A DNA stretch of 64,000 bases from a virus. Shown one piece after another: positions 32,274-42,115 of the stretch. The stretch is taken from IMG/VR virus record IMGVR_UViG_3300048837_000398, positions 1 to 64,000 of that record; one strand, 5' to 3'. Position numbers and translations under genes: made by a program. Position 1 is the first letter of the stretch; each line of letters opens with the position of its first letter. The notes beneath the pieces were generated by a model. The model was not told the DNA's origin. It searched no databases and saw only the letters and a list, made by a program, of their open reading frames with translations.

Positions 32274-32833
32274 TACTGCGAGAAACCTACAAGGATAGTT
32301 AGACGTTTCTTTAGAGTTACGCGGTTCACTAAGACTTCGTAGACTTCTTCGTCCTCTACAAAAATAGCTTGTACTACGCCCTTACAATGCTCTCCGACAA
32401 TAGTAGCCTTGTTTAAGACTAAGTTGTGCAGAACAGTTGTTACGTAGTATTCTGACGCTGGGAGAGTATCGAGAAGGCGTGTTTCTTTTTCGAACGAGAG
32501 CTTGAATGCTCCAGTCAGATAGAAGTCTTTGGGCAGGATTAGTATGCCACGCAGTCCTAACTTAGGTAGATACACGATATTTTGTGCTTCTTTGACGTAA
32601 GTCGCAAAGTGTTCGTGCGACTTAGGCAGGTGTGTAGGATGTACGTACGGATGTGGAAATGGTCCCAACTTAAAAGCTGGAAACGATATTGGAAGATGGA
32701 ATGTTATCTTGTCTACTGCATCGTGGACAAGGTAAGCTTCGCATCCTACCACACCCTTATTTACGTCGAACGAGACAGGGTGAAAGTCTAGTGCAAAACT
32801 TACCTTATCCCCGACTCTGTAGTGTTTACGCAA
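32237..32833 (-). CDS. Hypothetical protein
   Basis: 198-aa ORF overlapping its neighbours. Confidence 0.6.
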   Translation of the reverse strand: MRKHYRVGDKVSFALDFHPVSFDVNKGVVGCEAYLVHDAVDKITFHLPISFPAFKLGPFPHPYVHPTHLPKSHEHFATYVKEAQNIVYLPKLGLRGILILPKDFYLTGAFKLSFEKETRLLDTLPASEYYVTTVLHNLVLNKATIVGEHCKGVVQAIFVEDEEVYEVLVNRVTLKKRLTILVGFSQYCELILDHTFIC

Positions 32834-34220
32834 CTTTCCTCAAGTTTGGTGTAGCGCGATACTTGTAGAACTTCTCTTTCCACTTCTGTACAGAAGTTTG
32901 CGGAGAGAATGTTCCCCACACCTCAGCCAGAGTGGCACTTCCCTTCTTCGTGAGTTCAGCCAAAGCGGCGTGATTTATCACTAAATCCGAATTCTTTTCA
33001 ATCCAAGCTGCGAGAGCCGTGATTGTGTGCGGTTTGAGTAGGGAAAGCTCGATCAAGTTGTGCGCTCGGCCCGGACGACGAAGTGCTGGATCGATCTCAG
33101 CAATCGGCTTATTCATAGCAGCGATGGTAGATGTTTTGATGCCCTCGATCTTGAGCCCATCCATGAGCTCGAGAAGTGTAGTCAGCACACCGGACTCTGC
33201 AACACTTTGGCCCTCGTCAACATAGAAGACAACCGTCTCTACGCCAACAGCCTTCTGCTGCTCCAAGAAAGAATGCAGAGAACTGCGACCGGCTGGAGAA
33301 GTGAGTAATTTTATGGCCGAGTAGTCGAGCTTTACGATAGACTGCTTAGGGTCTTTCGAAACGCTGGCCAGAATATTGCTGATGAGGGAGGTCTTCCCTG
33401 TTCCAGTTGTCCCGACCATGAGCACGTTGCGTCCAGACACCAGTTCGTCGGCAAAGTACTCTTGCACTTTTCCAACAGGAATGGAATAGGCCTCGTCGCC
33501 CAACTTGATCGAGATTGGGTTAAACGACAGACTTGCGAGCGTGCTATCCATCTCCGAATACGTGTACGACGTACGTTGGAAGGAGAGCCGCCCACCGATC
33601 TCGTAGAGCTCAAAGATGTTGAGCCTGTTCGGACCACGACCACTGTCCACTGACGTGACTTCCGCAAGATCGACGCACTCCTTTATCAGGTCAAGTAGCG
33701 ACGCTTGACACACTTCTTCACACTCTTTGTGTGGGAGTAAGAGTCGAATGTTATCTGTCAGCGAGATTCTGTCGTCCTTCACCCACTCTGCGACATCAAA
33801 TTTCTCTGAGGTCAGCTTAGCACTTTTGTAGTCCATAGCATTCAAGATGATAGCGTGGGTAACGCCATCTTCTATTACAGAATAGATTTGCCGGTCCTCA
33901 AAGTCTCCACTCGAAATTCTGAGGAGATCAACTATGCCAAGCCTGTTTTTGAGTAGTTCGACAAAGTAATTCGTCGCTACAAGCTTCTTAAAGTTGATGG
34001 TAGTGTACGACCGCGTGCCCATGACTTCTTGGGCGACATCGATGTCCTTCTCTCCAATGGTCTTCACTTTTTCCACTGCTTTCGAAATTGTACTTGCTGT
34101 AGCGGCCTCGCTTTTCGTTTGTGCGTCGAGACTCTTCGAGAAAAGATCTTTGAGAATTGAGATCAGATACCCCAACACAAGCAGGATACCTACAATGGAT
34201 ACGACATCAAATAAAGTCAT
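32826..34220 (-). CDS. Membrane-anchored AAA+ ATPase
   Basis: N-terminal TM helix, GTTGTGKT, FYVDE and second region of homology DPALRRPGR. Confidence 0.85.
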   Translation of the reverse strand: MTLFDVVSIVGILLVLGYLISILKDLFSKSLDAQTKSEAATASTISKAVEKVKTIGEKDIDVAQEVMGTRSYTTINFKKLVATNYFVELLKNRLGIVDLLRISSGDFEDRQIYSVIEDGVTHAIILNAMDYKSAKLTSEKFDVAEWVKDDRISLTDNIRLLLPHKECEEVCQASLLDLIKECVDLAEVTSVDSGRGPNRLNIFELYEIGGRLSFQRTSYTYSEMDSTLASLSFNPISIKLGDEAYSIPVGKVQEYFADELVSGRNVLMVGTTGTGKTSLISNILASVSKDPKQSIVKLDYSAIKLLTSPAGRSSLHSFLEQQKAVGVETVVFYVDEGQSVAESGVLTTLLELMDGLKIEGIKTSTIAAMNKPIAEIDPALRRPGRAHNLIELSLLKPHTITALAAWIEKNSDLVINHAALAELTKKGSATLAEVWGTFSPQTSVQKWKEKFYKYRATPNLRKVA

Positions 34221-34363
34221 AATTTAGTTTGAAAATTGCGCTGCCCTTACTCTAGTCGCTACCACAAAAGTCTTTCGCGTGGGTCCAGCCACGATACTCG
34301 TCTTTAAGGTCCTCCCGGGAGTGCTTCTAGAGCAGGGCGAGCGCAGGTTCACCGCTTAATCAA

Positions 34364-34894
34364 CTACTCAGGGAGCGCGGCTAGCTCCCTGAGCTTGAGT
34401 TTTGTTTCGTGTATTCTCTTCCTGTAGTGCGGATCTTCAGCATACTTTACCTTGATGAGCATGTCGATATAATCATCTTCACTCTTCACCCAAGGATTCT
34501 GCTTAAGCCGCATTCGCTGCCAGTCTCGGTAATCGAGTACAGAACTTTTGAAGTCTCTGTACTTTGCGTGTCCCCGATGCGCACCTTGATGGTACTTTCT
34601 CGAGTTTACCTTCATACCGAACCTGTTGTGATTCTCGCGATATACTGGCGATTTAAACCAGTTGGTTTCGTGTACTTCTTGGGCCATCACAACCCAAGGA
34701 TATTTGAGACTGAACGGAGGGCTCTCGAGAATTTTGATGTGCTCGAGTACCACGTTTCTATTGTCTAACGGGCGTTCTAACTCCTTGACAGTGTCAAGCC
34801 TAGCGTAGTTGTCGTGAATAAACGCTAAGAGCGCTCCTACGATAACAACTAACTGGAGTAGCCCCCATACTAGTCTAAGCAGGCATGAACCCAT
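34364..34894 (-). CDS. GH73 glucosaminidase-domain protein, membrane-anchored
   Basis: AQEVHETNW, NHNRFGMK and YAEDPHY motifs; N-terminal hydrophobic helix. Confidence 0.85.
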   Translation of the reverse strand: MGSCLLRLVWGLLQLVVIVGALLAFIHDNYARLDTVKELERPLDNRNVVLEHIKILESPPFSLKYPWVVMAQEVHETNWFKSPVYRENHNRFGMKVNSRKYHQGAHRGHAKYRDFKSSVLDYRDWQRMRLKQNPWVKSEDDYIDMLIKVKYAEDPHYRKRIHETKLKLRELAALPE

Positions 34895-35306
34895 GAGGCG
34901 TCGCCTTTAGCCTGCCCTGCTCCAGTAATGTCACGACGTCTTCGAGCACTGCTAAGCACTCTTTAAACACCACGTTTAGATTGTGCGCAGTGAGATCAGA
35001 TGGCACAGTCCACGAGTTCACTCCAAGTTCAAACATCCCGGCATTTACAGAGACTTCTGTAGGCGGAGTTAAGTTGAACCGAGTAAGGGACCATGCAGCC
35101 TTAGTCCGATTCTTATCGAGGTGCTTCACTATCTCCGCCCTTAAAGAAGGGTAGGTGTGTGAGTTCTCTAACTGAATGGCGCGAATACGCAGCAGCAGGG
35201 CTTTAGGCATCCGCCTCGATTTGCTCAAGTTGAACCGCACTTTCAGATCGTGATCCTGCGAAATGGTGAGACTGCACTTGCGGAATGTAGTCTTGATGCT
35301 CCTCAT
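34875..35306 (-). CDS. Hypothetical protein
   Basis: ATGA overlap with the upstream gene. Confidence 0.6.
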   Translation of the reverse strand: MRSIKTTFRKCSLTISQDHDLKVRFNLSKSRRMPKALLLRIRAIQLENSHTYPSLRAEIVKHLDKNRTKAAWSLTRFNLTPPTEVSVNAGMFELGVNSWTVPSDLTAHNLNVVFKECLAVLEDVVTLLEQGRLKATPHGFMPA

Positions 35307-36178
35307 GGTATGTAGAGTTCATCGTCATCGAAATCGGGGATCTGCGGGATAACCTCGTCGCTATCGTCTTCGAAATCAGGAATCTCGGGAATAGCCAGCA
35401 CGAACACTTTTGGTGTCGGTGCAGGCAAGTGCAGAACTTCTCCGCGTGCCTTACCCAGTTGTGCGAACAGGAGCTCGAGCTGGTGCGTCGTTGCGCGCGC
35501 ACTGTAATCCTGGATTTGCGGGATTACGTTCATACCGCGACTTTTAATCGAGGCGGTTTCGAGCAGGGAGGTTAGTCCCCGGTAAGCCTCGGTGACGTCG
35601 CTGAAGGTGTAGCCAAACATTTCGAATTTTCCGGACGTAGCGACAAGTGAATCCTCTATGTACGCTCCGTAGTGGGAGTGCTGGACAGTTACGGTCGTGA
35701 TTCCAGACAAAGATGCTACGGGCGTGTTCACCCGCGCTTCGATGAAAGTACTCATCTTCACATGTCTTGCGTAAGTGCGGAGATCCTCGCCCATTACGAG
35801 CAGAGTCGGAGATGCGTGGGACACACGAAGAGGTGCCCGTAGGATGAAATTCTCAGGGTTATACCCGTCGAATTTCTGCCCACGACGAGTGTGCAAACGG
35901 ATATCCTGAAGTTGCTGTTGAGCGAAGTGCTGTTCGAAAGCCACGGGCACCCGCCATTCACTTTTAAAGACGTTACCCCGGTCAGGGTACACGATCTTTA
36001 CGAAGCCCCGCAGCTCATTTTTCTGGACAGCGAGTCGAATCCACGTACCGCCAGTAGGGTCCCAGATTACGCCGCCTTGGAGCTCGTAGCCCTCCTTCGG
36101 AAGAAATACCGTTTTATGTTGCTCGGGCAAGTACTGCCTCAGAGCGTAGATGGCTGCAGCCAAGTTTTTATTTTCCAT
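35303..36178 (-). CDS. Hypothetical protein with acidic tail
   Basis: 291-aa ORF ending IPDFEDD...IPDFDDD. Confidence 0.7.
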   Translation of the reverse strand: MENKNLAAAIYALRQYLPEQHKTVFLPKEGYELQGGVIWDPTGGTWIRLAVQKNELRGFVKIVYPDRGNVFKSEWRVPVAFEQHFAQQQLQDIRLHTRRGQKFDGYNPENFILRAPLRVSHASPTLLVMGEDLRTYARHVKMSTFIEARVNTPVASLSGITTVTVQHSHYGAYIEDSLVATSGKFEMFGYTFSDVTEAYRGLTSLLETASIKSRGMNVIPQIQDYSARATTHQLELLFAQLGKARGEVLHLPAPTPKVFVLAIPEIPDFEDDSDEVIPQIPDFDDDELYIP

Positions 36179-36198
36179 TGTTGAGATGTGTAGAACAT

Positions 36199-36239
36199 TA
36201 AAAAAGAAAAGTCCCCGACTCTTTTGCCGAGGACTTTTG
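36199..36239 (-). terminator. Intrinsic terminator
   Basis: Minus strand AAAAGTCCTCGGC...GTCGGGGACTTTT followed by CTTTTTT. Confidence 0.65.
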
Positions 36240-36252
36240 TGAGCTGGAGGGA

Positions 36253-37494
36253 TTAGTTGGCTAGGATGGCCTCTTCTACGTTGGCCGCTACTTGCGGGGT
36301 TGCGACGTTGAGAAGCGTTTCAGCCACTTTCAGTGACTTCTCGAAACGGCTCTCGGCCAGCTGAGCGTCTTCGTTGAAGCGTTGGTTGGCGAGTTCCCGG
36401 TCTGCCTTCGCTTGCTCGGCTGCGTCGCGTACCAAGCTTGCTGCAATTTTCACGACTTCAGGGGTTGCTGGCACCTGGTCAGCGAGCTGCACGACGATTT
36501 CTCCTTTGGGCTCGGTCACTTCTTCTGCTGGAGCAGTCTCGAGGAGCTCATCGGCTGGCACTCCTTCTGCGATCGGCTGTTGGTTTTCGACCAGGGCCTC
36601 AGCAAGTGCGGTAACATCGATTGCCGGGGTGCCTTCTTCAGGAGCCGTTTCAGGTACAGCAGGAGCTTCTTCTTGGGCGATAACTTCGAAGCCCTCACCA
36701 TTCCAGGTGGCCTCCATATTGCCAAAGCGGTTCGTGATTGCCAGGTTTGCAGCCTCACGTGTTTCCGGTGTCGAGGACAGCAATGCCGCGAGTTCAGCCG
36801 TGATGGCTGGGACATCCTTGTCGTCGGTCATATCGACCAGCAGTGCACCGGCTGTTTCGCCATAAGCAGCGTCCAGGATTTCAGCGATGTCAGCTTTCGC
36901 TGCAGCAATCGCAGCCTTGCCCAACTGAGCAGCCCATTTGGCCGCGTTCTTGACGGCCTTCTCGTCGGTGGATTCAGTGGCGACCCAGTTCTGGGCCACC
37001 GTCATCAAGCCTGCAAAATCCTCGGGGAGTCCTTCGACCGTCAAGGGTTTGCCGTCTTTCAGAACGAGTCCGAATTTGGTTTTGAGCTCGTCAGAGGTGA
37101 GGGATGTAGATGCTGCGTACTCTGCAGCGTTCGTGAGGAGAAATACGCCTGCAGGCGTGAGACCAAAACACTGTACTTTTTTCATGTTAAAAGAATGTGT
37201 TGTTAGATGATAATGCCTTGTGTTTACGTTAAACTTCCGCTCAAATCTCTTGGTGTCGATAGTTAAGTAGCCACCCACTACGTTGTTGTAGCGGAGAGCC
37301 TCTTGATTCGACGCCAAGGTAACATACTTTTTCCCTTGAGTTGCAAAATGACCTGAGCAGCAAGGGCCTGCCAGTATCATGTAGTTTGTTCTCGGTTTGA
37401 CGCTCGTAAGGACAAAGAGTTTATTCTCGATCCTGAATCCTGGACGCATCTTTCCTTCGTTGAACGCATCCAGGTATGAATATAAAGGTATCAT
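36253..37494 (-). CDS. Ala/Glu-rich protein; likely main start at 37185 (MKKVQCFG)
   Basis: Long ORF. An AT-rich leader precedes ATG 37185 and a terminator follows the stop. Confidence 0.65.
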   Translation of the reverse strand: MIPLYSYLDAFNEGKMRPGFRIENKLFVLTSVKPRTNYMILAGPCCSGHFATQGKKYVTLASNQEALRYNNVVGGYLTIDTKRFERKFNVNTRHYHLTTHSFNMKKVQCFGLTPAGVFLLTNAAEYAASTSLTSDELKTKFGLVLKDGKPLTVEGLPEDFAGLMTVAQNWVATESTDEKAVKNAAKWAAQLGKAAIAAAKADIAEILDAAYGETAGALLVDMTDDKDVPAITAELAALLSSTPETREAANLAITNRFGNMEATWNGEGFEVIAQEEAPAVPETAPEEGTPAIDVTALAEALVENQQPIAEGVPADELLETAPAEEVTEPKGEIVVQLADQVPATPEVVKIAASLVRDAAEQAKADRELANQRFNEDAQLAESRFEKSLKVAETLLNVATPQVAANVEEAILAN

Positions 37495-38648
37495 ACGTTG
37501 TAGTACTTCCCGCCTGAGCTCTTACACAATTCTTCGAGCGCAGAGTTTGACCGCTCGATAGAGATTGCGTGGACGGGAGCGGTGGTCTTGACAGGCGTGA
37601 TTCGATCTTGCCCATCATTAACGATAATGAGTTCGGGCTCAGAACCTAGAGGTATTTCGAAGGGACCCAACTTAGAGAGGGCTAGATCAGCTTGCGCAGA
37701 AACTATGCACTCACCAACTTGGGTTTCACCACCTCTGGGTTCCTTCCAATTCTTGTAAGTAAGGTTTGCCTCCTCAGCTGTTTCGATCTTCTGCCAGCCA
37801 TCGATAGATTCCTCGAAAGTAGAGACGTAAACGATCGCCTCGCCTTTACGTACTTCTTCGAAAAGAGTGATGAGCATAGCGCGAACTATCCCCATCTTTT
37901 TGTAGGTGTTCATAGAACCGGAACGGTCGATGAGGAGTCCATAGACCTTCTTTTCACCCTCTTCAAGGCGGAATGTTTCGGAAACTTGGAAAGAGTGATC
38001 GCCCAAGCGTTGACGAAAGTCAGGCATCTTGAACTCGGTAGGATCGAGCAGGCTAATGTCGTCGAAAGATTCCATCTGACGAAAGTCGAACTCTGAACCT
38101 TCGTTCTTCACCTTCTTCTTAGAACGCCCTTTGAGAGCGAACTTAAGTTTTTTGAGAAGGGCTAGGCCGAGTAGGACGTGTAGATCGGTAGGATCGAGAT
38201 CATTCGACATCAGTTTCTCTGACGTAGGTAAGTGGCCCCCACCGAAGTGATTACCTGACTCCTCGAGCTCGGACATAGCTTCAGAGATCTCGTTGATCTC
38301 TTGCATCGTTTGCTCGAGTATTTCGGCTTTCGACTCTTGAGAGCCCCATGGAGGTATCCATGGGTCTTTCGCTTTGTATAATTTCGCGAAAGCAGCTGCT
38401 TTCTCCTCTGGAGTCTTACCAGGAAGGTTATCGACGTTCAATCTGCCAAGTGCATTCTGGTAATTGAGTGCGTCGGCCAGCTCACCCGCCTTTATCTGAG
38501 AACCCGGCGTTAGTGCGAGCTCCTTATCCATGTTGGATAAGGTGAAGGTAGCCATGTCTGCTACACCCTGTACGAGAGGTTGCGGGACGTTGCGAACCTG
38601 CTCGGGAGCAGGGCGCACTTTAAACGGATTACTGCTGGTTATTTCCAT
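37491..38648 (-). CDS. vWA-domain protein (ViaA-like partner of MoxR ATPase)
   Basis: MIDAS motifs LIDRSGSM, GGET and VNDG; adjacent to a MoxR-type AAA gene. Confidence 0.85.
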   Translation of the reverse strand: MEITSSNPFKVRPAPEQVRNVPQPLVQGVADMATFTLSNMDKELALTPGSQIKAGELADALNYQNALGRLNVDNLPGKTPEEKAAAFAKLYKAKDPWIPPWGSQESKAEILEQTMQEINEISEAMSELEESGNHFGGGHLPTSEKLMSNDLDPTDLHVLLGLALLKKLKFALKGRSKKKVKNEGSEFDFRQMESFDDISLLDPTEFKMPDFRQRLGDHSFQVSETFRLEEGEKKVYGLLIDRSGSMNTYKKMGIVRAMLITLFEEVRKGEAIVYVSTFEESIDGWQKIETAEEANLTYKNWKEPRGGETQVGECIVSAQADLALSKLGPFEIPLGSEPELIIVNDGQDRITPVKTTAPVHAISIERSNSALEELCKSSGGKYYNV

Positions 38649-39663
38649 AGAGGGTTTTCGCAAGGAAGTCAGACTCGAGCTTCTCCAGCTGTTGCCGGAG
38701 TTCAACAAGGATAGTCGTCATCTGTTGATCTAGCTTGGGCGAATAACGCGTGAGCTCATCGATAACCATTTTCAGGTCACCGGCAGACGCCTTGCGCACA
38801 TTCTTATGGAGGATTTTCGCCTCTTTTTCCCATGCGAGCTGATGCTCGAGCTGCTCCTTACGAGCGTCCATCATCTTAAACTCAGAGTAGAGCCCCTTGT
38901 CGATCCCTTTCAGGTTCTGAAGCGATTCGATCGGCTTGAGTGTTGGGTCAGTAGACGGCGTAAGGTAGGCTCTCGCAGCTATTACTGCCGTGCGGGGCGA
39001 TATTGTTTTTCCTTGAGTATGCGCATACTCCATCATCTCGCAGAAGGTGTCCGACCTAGTCTTGAGTACCTTCTCGACGAGATCCGCATAGGCGCTAGAT
39101 GAGTGATCGTTCCAGGAAACCTCTTGCTGAAACGGAAAGCGCTCGGAGAAAGCCTCGAACACAGCTTTACGCGTGTCGTCAGCAGCTGCTATCCACTCTT
39201 CGGGCACAATGTTGGTGCACGCGATGATGTATTTGCATTGCGACTTGTAACATACGTTACCTTCGACGCAATACTCGCCAGACATAAGAATATCGATGAG
39301 CACTGCGAGTACGTGAGGAGGAGCGTTGAACATCTCCTCAAAAATTGCGACGGGATGGCTGATGAAGCTGGAGTCAATGTTCATCGTTATTTTCCCTTCG
39401 TCGAGGTCTTTCAGCTTCATCATGCCGATGAGAGACTGGATCGATGTGCCAGCCGAAAACTGGTGTTTTTTCGGGGAAGGGTGGCCCATGACTTCGAGGA
39501 AGCCTTTAGCCACTTGAGACTTAGCGTAACCTGGAGGCCCGTAGAGAATCACGTTAGAGAGAACTCCCGCCTGGGAGAGCTCGTAGGTACGGTAAAGAAG
39601 CGCGATGGTGCGCTCCATTTGGACGAGGTGAGAAAGCTCACTTTTTACTGCCGATAATGTCAT
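38629..39663 (-). CDS. MoxR/RavA-type AAA+ ATPase
   Basis: GPPGYAKS, AIFEEMF, IIACTN, ERF and SPRT motifs. Confidence 0.85.
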   Translation of the reverse strand: MTLSAVKSELSHLVQMERTIALLYRTYELSQAGVLSNVILYGPPGYAKSQVAKGFLEVMGHPSPKKHQFSAGTSIQSLIGMMKLKDLDEGKITMNIDSSFISHPVAIFEEMFNAPPHVLAVLIDILMSGEYCVEGNVCYKSQCKYIIACTNIVPEEWIAAADDTRKAVFEAFSERFPFQQEVSWNDHSSSAYADLVEKVLKTRSDTFCEMMEYAHTQGKTISPRTAVIAARAYLTPSTDPTLKPIESLQNLKGIDKGLYSEFKMMDARKEQLEHQLAWEKEAKILHKNVRKASAGDLKMVIDELTRYSPKLDQQMTTILVELRQQLEKLESDFLAKTLYGNNQQ

Positions 39664-39991
39664 CAGCTATTTTTTTACGTTGATAAAGATATCCGAGCAA
39701 CGCACTGTTAACCGCGATGTGCAGCTTGCGATGCGAAACTCTCATTTGAATTGTATGATAACTCATTTTGCCTGCGTAGAAGATCGGGAGAGTGCCGCTC
39801 ATGACGACAACGTGTTCCCCATCCTTGTGGTAGTACCACGTCTCACACTTCTCGCGGTCTGCGAGAGACTGGAAGAGCTGATACTTGGTAATATGCGTCG
39901 GATCGGGCATCCACCTTGTAAGTTCGAGCAGCCGTACTTGCCGTCTCGTGAGAAGTGTGGTAGCTATGAAAGCTTTAAACTTTTCTTCCAT
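39638..39991 (-). CDS. Hypothetical protein, paralog of next gene
   Basis: Shares W..DP...TK.Q..Q.L.D.EK and H.AVN.A.L.YL with 39975-40319. Confidence 0.65.
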   Translation of the reverse strand: MEEKFKAFIATTLLTRRQVRLLELTRWMPDPTHITKYQLFQSLADREKCETWYYHKDGEHVVVMSGTLPIFYAGKMSYHTIQMRVSHRKLHIAVNSALLGYLYQRKKIADDIIGSKK

Positions 39992-40319
39992 TGGTAGAGC
40001 TAATTATGAATGCACGCTGTTTGAGATAGGCGAGAATAGCCTGGTTGACGGCAACGTGCTTTATAGAATGGAAACGCTTAACTTCGATAGGAAAGTGCGT
40101 CGTTCTTCCGTTAAAGAAGACAGATACGACACCCTCCATCGAGAAGACATGTTCGCTAAAAAATTCGGAGTAGTGGTAGCTCCAACGTACTTTCTCGAGA
40201 TCTCCTAATACTTGGAGAAACTGGAGCTTGGTTAGGAGCGACGGATCGCGTGACCACTTAGTATCGCTGAGATAGCGTAAGTGGACTTTGGATAAGCGCG
40301 TTTGTACTAGATGTTTCAA
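39975..40319 (-). CDS. Hypothetical protein, paralog of previous gene
   Basis: Same shared motifs as 39638-39991. Confidence 0.65.
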   Translation of the reverse strand: MKHLVQTRLSKVHLRYLSDTKWSRDPSLLTKLQFLQVLGDLEKVRWSYHYSEFFSEHVFSMEGVVSVFFNGRTTHFPIEVKRFHSIKHVAVNQAILAYLKQRAFIISSTNGRKV

Positions 40320-40329
40320 TGTTTCATAG

Positions 40330-40364
40330 AAAAAAGCTAGGGCAATCCTTTTGGACGCCCTAGC
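40330..40364 (-). terminator. Intrinsic terminator
   Basis: Minus strand GCTAGGGC...GCCCTAGC followed by TTTTTT. Confidence 0.7.
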
Positions 40365-40370
40365 CTGATG

Positions 40371-40631
40371 TTACTTTAATAGATTCCGGATTTCACGCAT
40401 CATCCGGTCATCGACCTCGTGCGCGTTGATTGTTTTGTAGGGAGCCTTCTCTATTGTTCTTCCGACTCTCCACGTCAGAGCAATCAGCCCTATGTGGAAC
40501 AGGATAAGGAAAACAGATATTGCTCCAGCGAGGGCCCGGCTAATCCGCATAGACAAAAGCTTTTCCCTGATAGGTAGGGCGGGCTGAGAGTTGAAGCTCA
40601 TTACTGAGCCGCACTTTAACGAAGTTCCCAT
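40371..40631 (-). CDS. Small membrane protein (start probably about 40550)
   Basis: One TM helix. Confidence 0.45.
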   Translation of the reverse strand: MGTSLKCGSVMSFNSQPALPIREKLLSMRISRALAGAISVFLILFHIGLIALTWRVGRTIEKAPYKTINAHEVDDRMMREIRNLLK

Positions 40632-41019
40632 TGTTGGTCGTAATTAAGTCGTTAGTAGTAAGCCTACAGGGTGCGAGAAACACAATTTTAGACGGCGTGA
40701 GTTCCCCGTTTTCATCTTGAGCCACCAGGACACCTTCATATAAGAAGTAATGGCCTACTTCGGTGGGACACACCACTTGGCGCACACGGCGCAGTTCGTA
40801 TTCACCGTCAGGTCGTAGCTCGGTAGACTCGAAACAATTGCTCCACATAGAAACGGAATCTCCGAGAGGCTGCGGGTCGACCGCTACTGCGATGGTGAAA
40901 GTAGAGTCGGTATCCACGTTCTCCGCACTAGGCGGGATAACGTTTACGCGTGAGAGATTGTCCCTTTGACAGGAGATCAGTGCAAGTGCGAGCAGGGCAA
41001 AAAGAATAATGTTCTTCAT
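40540..41019 (-). CDS. Putative lipoprotein
   Basis: MKNIILFALLALALISC lipobox. Confidence 0.7.
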   Translation of the reverse strand: MKNIILFALLALALISCQRDNLSRVNVIPPSAENVDTDSTFTIAVAVDPQPLGDSVSMWSNCFESTELRPDGEYELRRVRQVVCPTEVGHYFLYEGVLVAQDENGELTPSKIVFLAPCRLTTNDLITTNNGNFVKVRLSNELQLSARPTYQGKAFVYAD

Positions 41020-41052
41020 GTTGTGTGGAAGAATTTAGAAATGTGTGAATAA

Positions 41053-41976
41053 TCAATCTGTTGTAGTGTACGAACGGTTGATGGCTGGCTTTGCTGTAGT
41101 AGCGATCCCGGCTTCAACTACTCGTGTGTTGTTAAGTTTCTTGGTGGGTTTGGGTAACTTACCACTATCGTATTTGGCGAGACCGTGCGTTTCGATCACG
41201 CCAATAAGCGTAAGGTGATATTCGCGATCTGTCGCGTAAGTTGCGTCGCGCAGTCCAACGGCCCATTTACGATAGTTTTTACCGTATGTGAAGCACTTTT
41301 TGTACCGTTTGTTATTGACGAGAAGTTGCGAGTGTGCCCTCCATGACTCCCAAGCAGAGGAAAATTTGCGGAAGAAATCCTTGTGGCTGTCGTCGCTGTG
41401 ATTCGTACAATGCCCCACTCGACAGTTTTTCTTGTGGCATTTGATGCCAAAGTGATTGTTATTTTGTACCGCCAACTTAGACGTACCATAACGCGACTCG
41501 ACCAAGCCTTGTGCAAGGCTAATAGACGCGGGAATACCGTACTTCTCCATTTCGCTAATGGCGAGTGGTGCGTATCGTTTGATGTACTCTTGTGTAGACG
41601 TAGTTTTACCTACGTAGACAGGAGCCGTGTCCGAAACTGGAGCCGGTTTGGCTTTGAGTTTCTTAACGGGCTTCACACGCTCTTTAGGTGGAGGTGGGGG
41701 AGTCTCCTCTTCGAGAACAGGCGCAATCGTGACTGGTGCTGGATCATCGTAAGGCTGTACGACACATTGAACAGGGTAGCTATTCGCTATCCCCGTGATT
41801 TTGTTTTCTTCGAGCGAGTTGCGGAATGCCCATATGCAGACCGAGATTACAAGAAGTGAGAAAAATGAGAAGTGTAGGGTGGTCACCGGCCGTTTCATGA
41901 ACGAAGTGAAGGCCGTTTTGAAGGCGGCAACTTTAAGGTTAACACCTTCGACGATTAATTGATTTGGTGTCGGCAT
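41053..41976 (-). CDS. GH73 (FlgJ-like) peptidoglycan hydrolase with TM anchor and Pro-rich linker
   Basis: YGIPASISLAQGLVES, NNHFGIKC, FRKF and YATD motifs. Confidence 0.9.
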   Translation of the reverse strand: MPTPNQLIVEGVNLKVAAFKTAFTSFMKRPVTTLHFSFFSLLVISVCIWAFRNSLEENKITGIANSYPVQCVVQPYDDPAPVTIAPVLEEETPPPPPKERVKPVKKLKAKPAPVSDTAPVYVGKTTSTQEYIKRYAPLAISEMEKYGIPASISLAQGLVESRYGTSKLAVQNNNHFGIKCHKKNCRVGHCTNHSDDSHKDFFRKFSSAWESWRAHSQLLVNNKRYKKCFTYGKNYRKWAVGLRDATYATDREYHLTLIGVIETHGLAKYDSGKLPKPTKKLNNTRVVEAGIATTAKPAINRSYTTTD

Positions 41977-42115
41977 GACGAATGCTTTTGTTTGTTAAGA
42001 AAATCTGGCCCCTCTCTAGAGCGAGATAGGGAGGTTTAGGCCAGGTGTGTGCTGTGTGAGACCCCCCGTTCTTTAACGAAGAATCTCACTACTCGCTCGA
42101 CTTCTAATTAAAATA

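Noticed and set aside
36374-37206. Long + strand ORFs (163 and 274 aa) and similar antisense ORFs elsewhere
   Set aside because: Shadow frames of codon-biased genes on the opposite strand.
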